Source: Proteromonas lacertae | Taxonomy: Eukaryota | DNA: 64,000 nt | Assembly (NCBI GenBank): GCA_002245135.1 | Contig: NGBS01000590.1 | Location: forward strand, 124,001-188,000 | Direction: 5' to 3' | In this document: one piece after another, positions 62,791 to 64,000 of the stretch | How the letters are laid out: each line of letters starts with the position of its first letter | How positions within the stretch are numbered: position 1 is the stretch's first letter | The notes under the pieces: model-generated | The model's database searches: none | What the model was told of the DNA's origin: nothing | Seen by the model: the letters and a program-made list of their open reading frames with translations, nothing else | Made by a program: the position numbers and the translations under genes

Positions 62791-64000
62791 TTACGTACTA
62801 CCTAAACCACTTATAAAGCTACCATACTTTTGTGATTTCATCACTTGTACAAATCTTTGAGGTAAAATAATCATCTCTCCTTGTTCATTCTCCGATCCAC
62901 ATTGATTAAACATTCTAACAATTGTTCTTTCAGGGGTATTTGCATCTATTTCTTTCACCATTGAAGTAAATTCTTCTAAAGACAATACACCATCTCCATT
63001 ATCATCACCATTCTTAAATATCTCAAGTAAAGAAGCATCTTCTTTTGTCTGTATGGATAACCACGTTTTCATCACAGAATCAATCACATCATCTAAAAAT
63101 ACGTTTTTGTATTTACCATTTGGTTCAGTTATAGCAATTGAAGTTAAATGTGATTTTACCACTTTAACATCATCATAATCCATATAGTCAAATGCACTGA
63201 ATGTATCATTTATTACTTTAATCACATCATCTATTTTCAACTCAATATTTCCATCATAAGATAATCTAACTGATATAAACTCTACTGGGATTAATTGCTG
63301 TATAATATACAGATAGAAATCACATATTTGCATATTATATTCTCCGCTATCATCAACAGGAATAAACCCAGTAATTGCACCAAACCAAAAGAGTCTTTTA
63401 TTATCAGCATATGTTTTAACACTCACAGATAAAGTCTAATAATAATAATAAATAAAACTATATATATATATATATATACATGTAATGATTTAGTAGCTGC
63501 AGTTTTCATATTAAATTTAGATATATACCGATCCATTAAGAATTCAGGCATTGAGTCTCTCGCTTGATTACTTCTATCATCTAAAGCATCAGTTTGTATT
63601 TTCATATTCACAATTTGTGCAGCTTCACTTAATGTTTCGCTTCTTGACATTACTGTAATATTATCTCTCTTCTTTAATACATTTCGTAAAATAGCTCTAT
63701 ATAAACAGAATAAATAAAATATTTATAATATATATAATATTCATACTTCACTTTCTTTTCTGTCTTATCATAATCAATTGTACTTTGACTTCCTGTTGAT
63801 TGACATCCTTCTTCTACACTTGGCATTATTCTTTTAATATCACATAATTTCATTAAATCATCAGAAAGCATTCTTTTAATACTTAACGAATTCTTCAAAT
63901 AGGATTCTTTCAAATCTGCACTTTCTGCTGCTAAACTTTCTAATATGTCTTTTGTACAAGAACGAACTAATAGTGGAACAATCATTGGATTTGTTCTAGC
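62791..64000 (-). CDS. 3' part of an EF-hand-containing protein (begins beyond the right edge)
   Basis: IFKNGDDNGDGVLSLEEFTSMV canonical EF loop; exons separated by short introns. Confidence 0.7.

Overview
Very AT-rich eukaryotic (protist) nuclear DNA, gene-dense, with many tiny (~26-45 nt) GT-AG introns, so the ORF track fragments most genes. I reconstructed about 21 protein-coding loci by hand. Left to right: the 5' part of Hydin (minus strand, runs off the left edge), a coiled-coil protein, Aurora kinase, an Spc24-like protein, a stomatin/SPFH protein, a PDR-type ABCG transporter, an orphan 3' fragment of Hydin on the opposite strand, a frameshifted BTB/Ig/SPRY gene, TRAPPC9, a TylF-family methyltransferase, a CEP95-like gene, a second PDR ABCG, PARG, an ankyrin protein and DIM1. 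The main finding is a ~30 kb block at 32.9-62.7 kb that looks like an RNA-silencing island. It holds two tandem Argonautes, each with an N-terminal Stc1-like C4 zinc finger; one is an intact DEDH slicer and the other is catalytically dead with a Pro/His/RS-rich extension. Next come a lid-less atypical Hsp70, a Dicer with three N-terminal dsRBDs, no Hel1 and a dead RNase IIIa domain, and a ~4850-aa Ubl-like + 6xAAA + multi-vWA protein. Three minor-spliceosome (U12, AT-start) introns are visible, two of them in Dicer. Several single-base frameshifts are present; at least some look like long-read errors. Tiny introns, U12 introns and flagellar genes together suggest an Opalinata-type stramenopile (Blastocystis/Proteromonas group), but that is inference only. 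All family assignments come from recognising motifs by eye, not from database searches.
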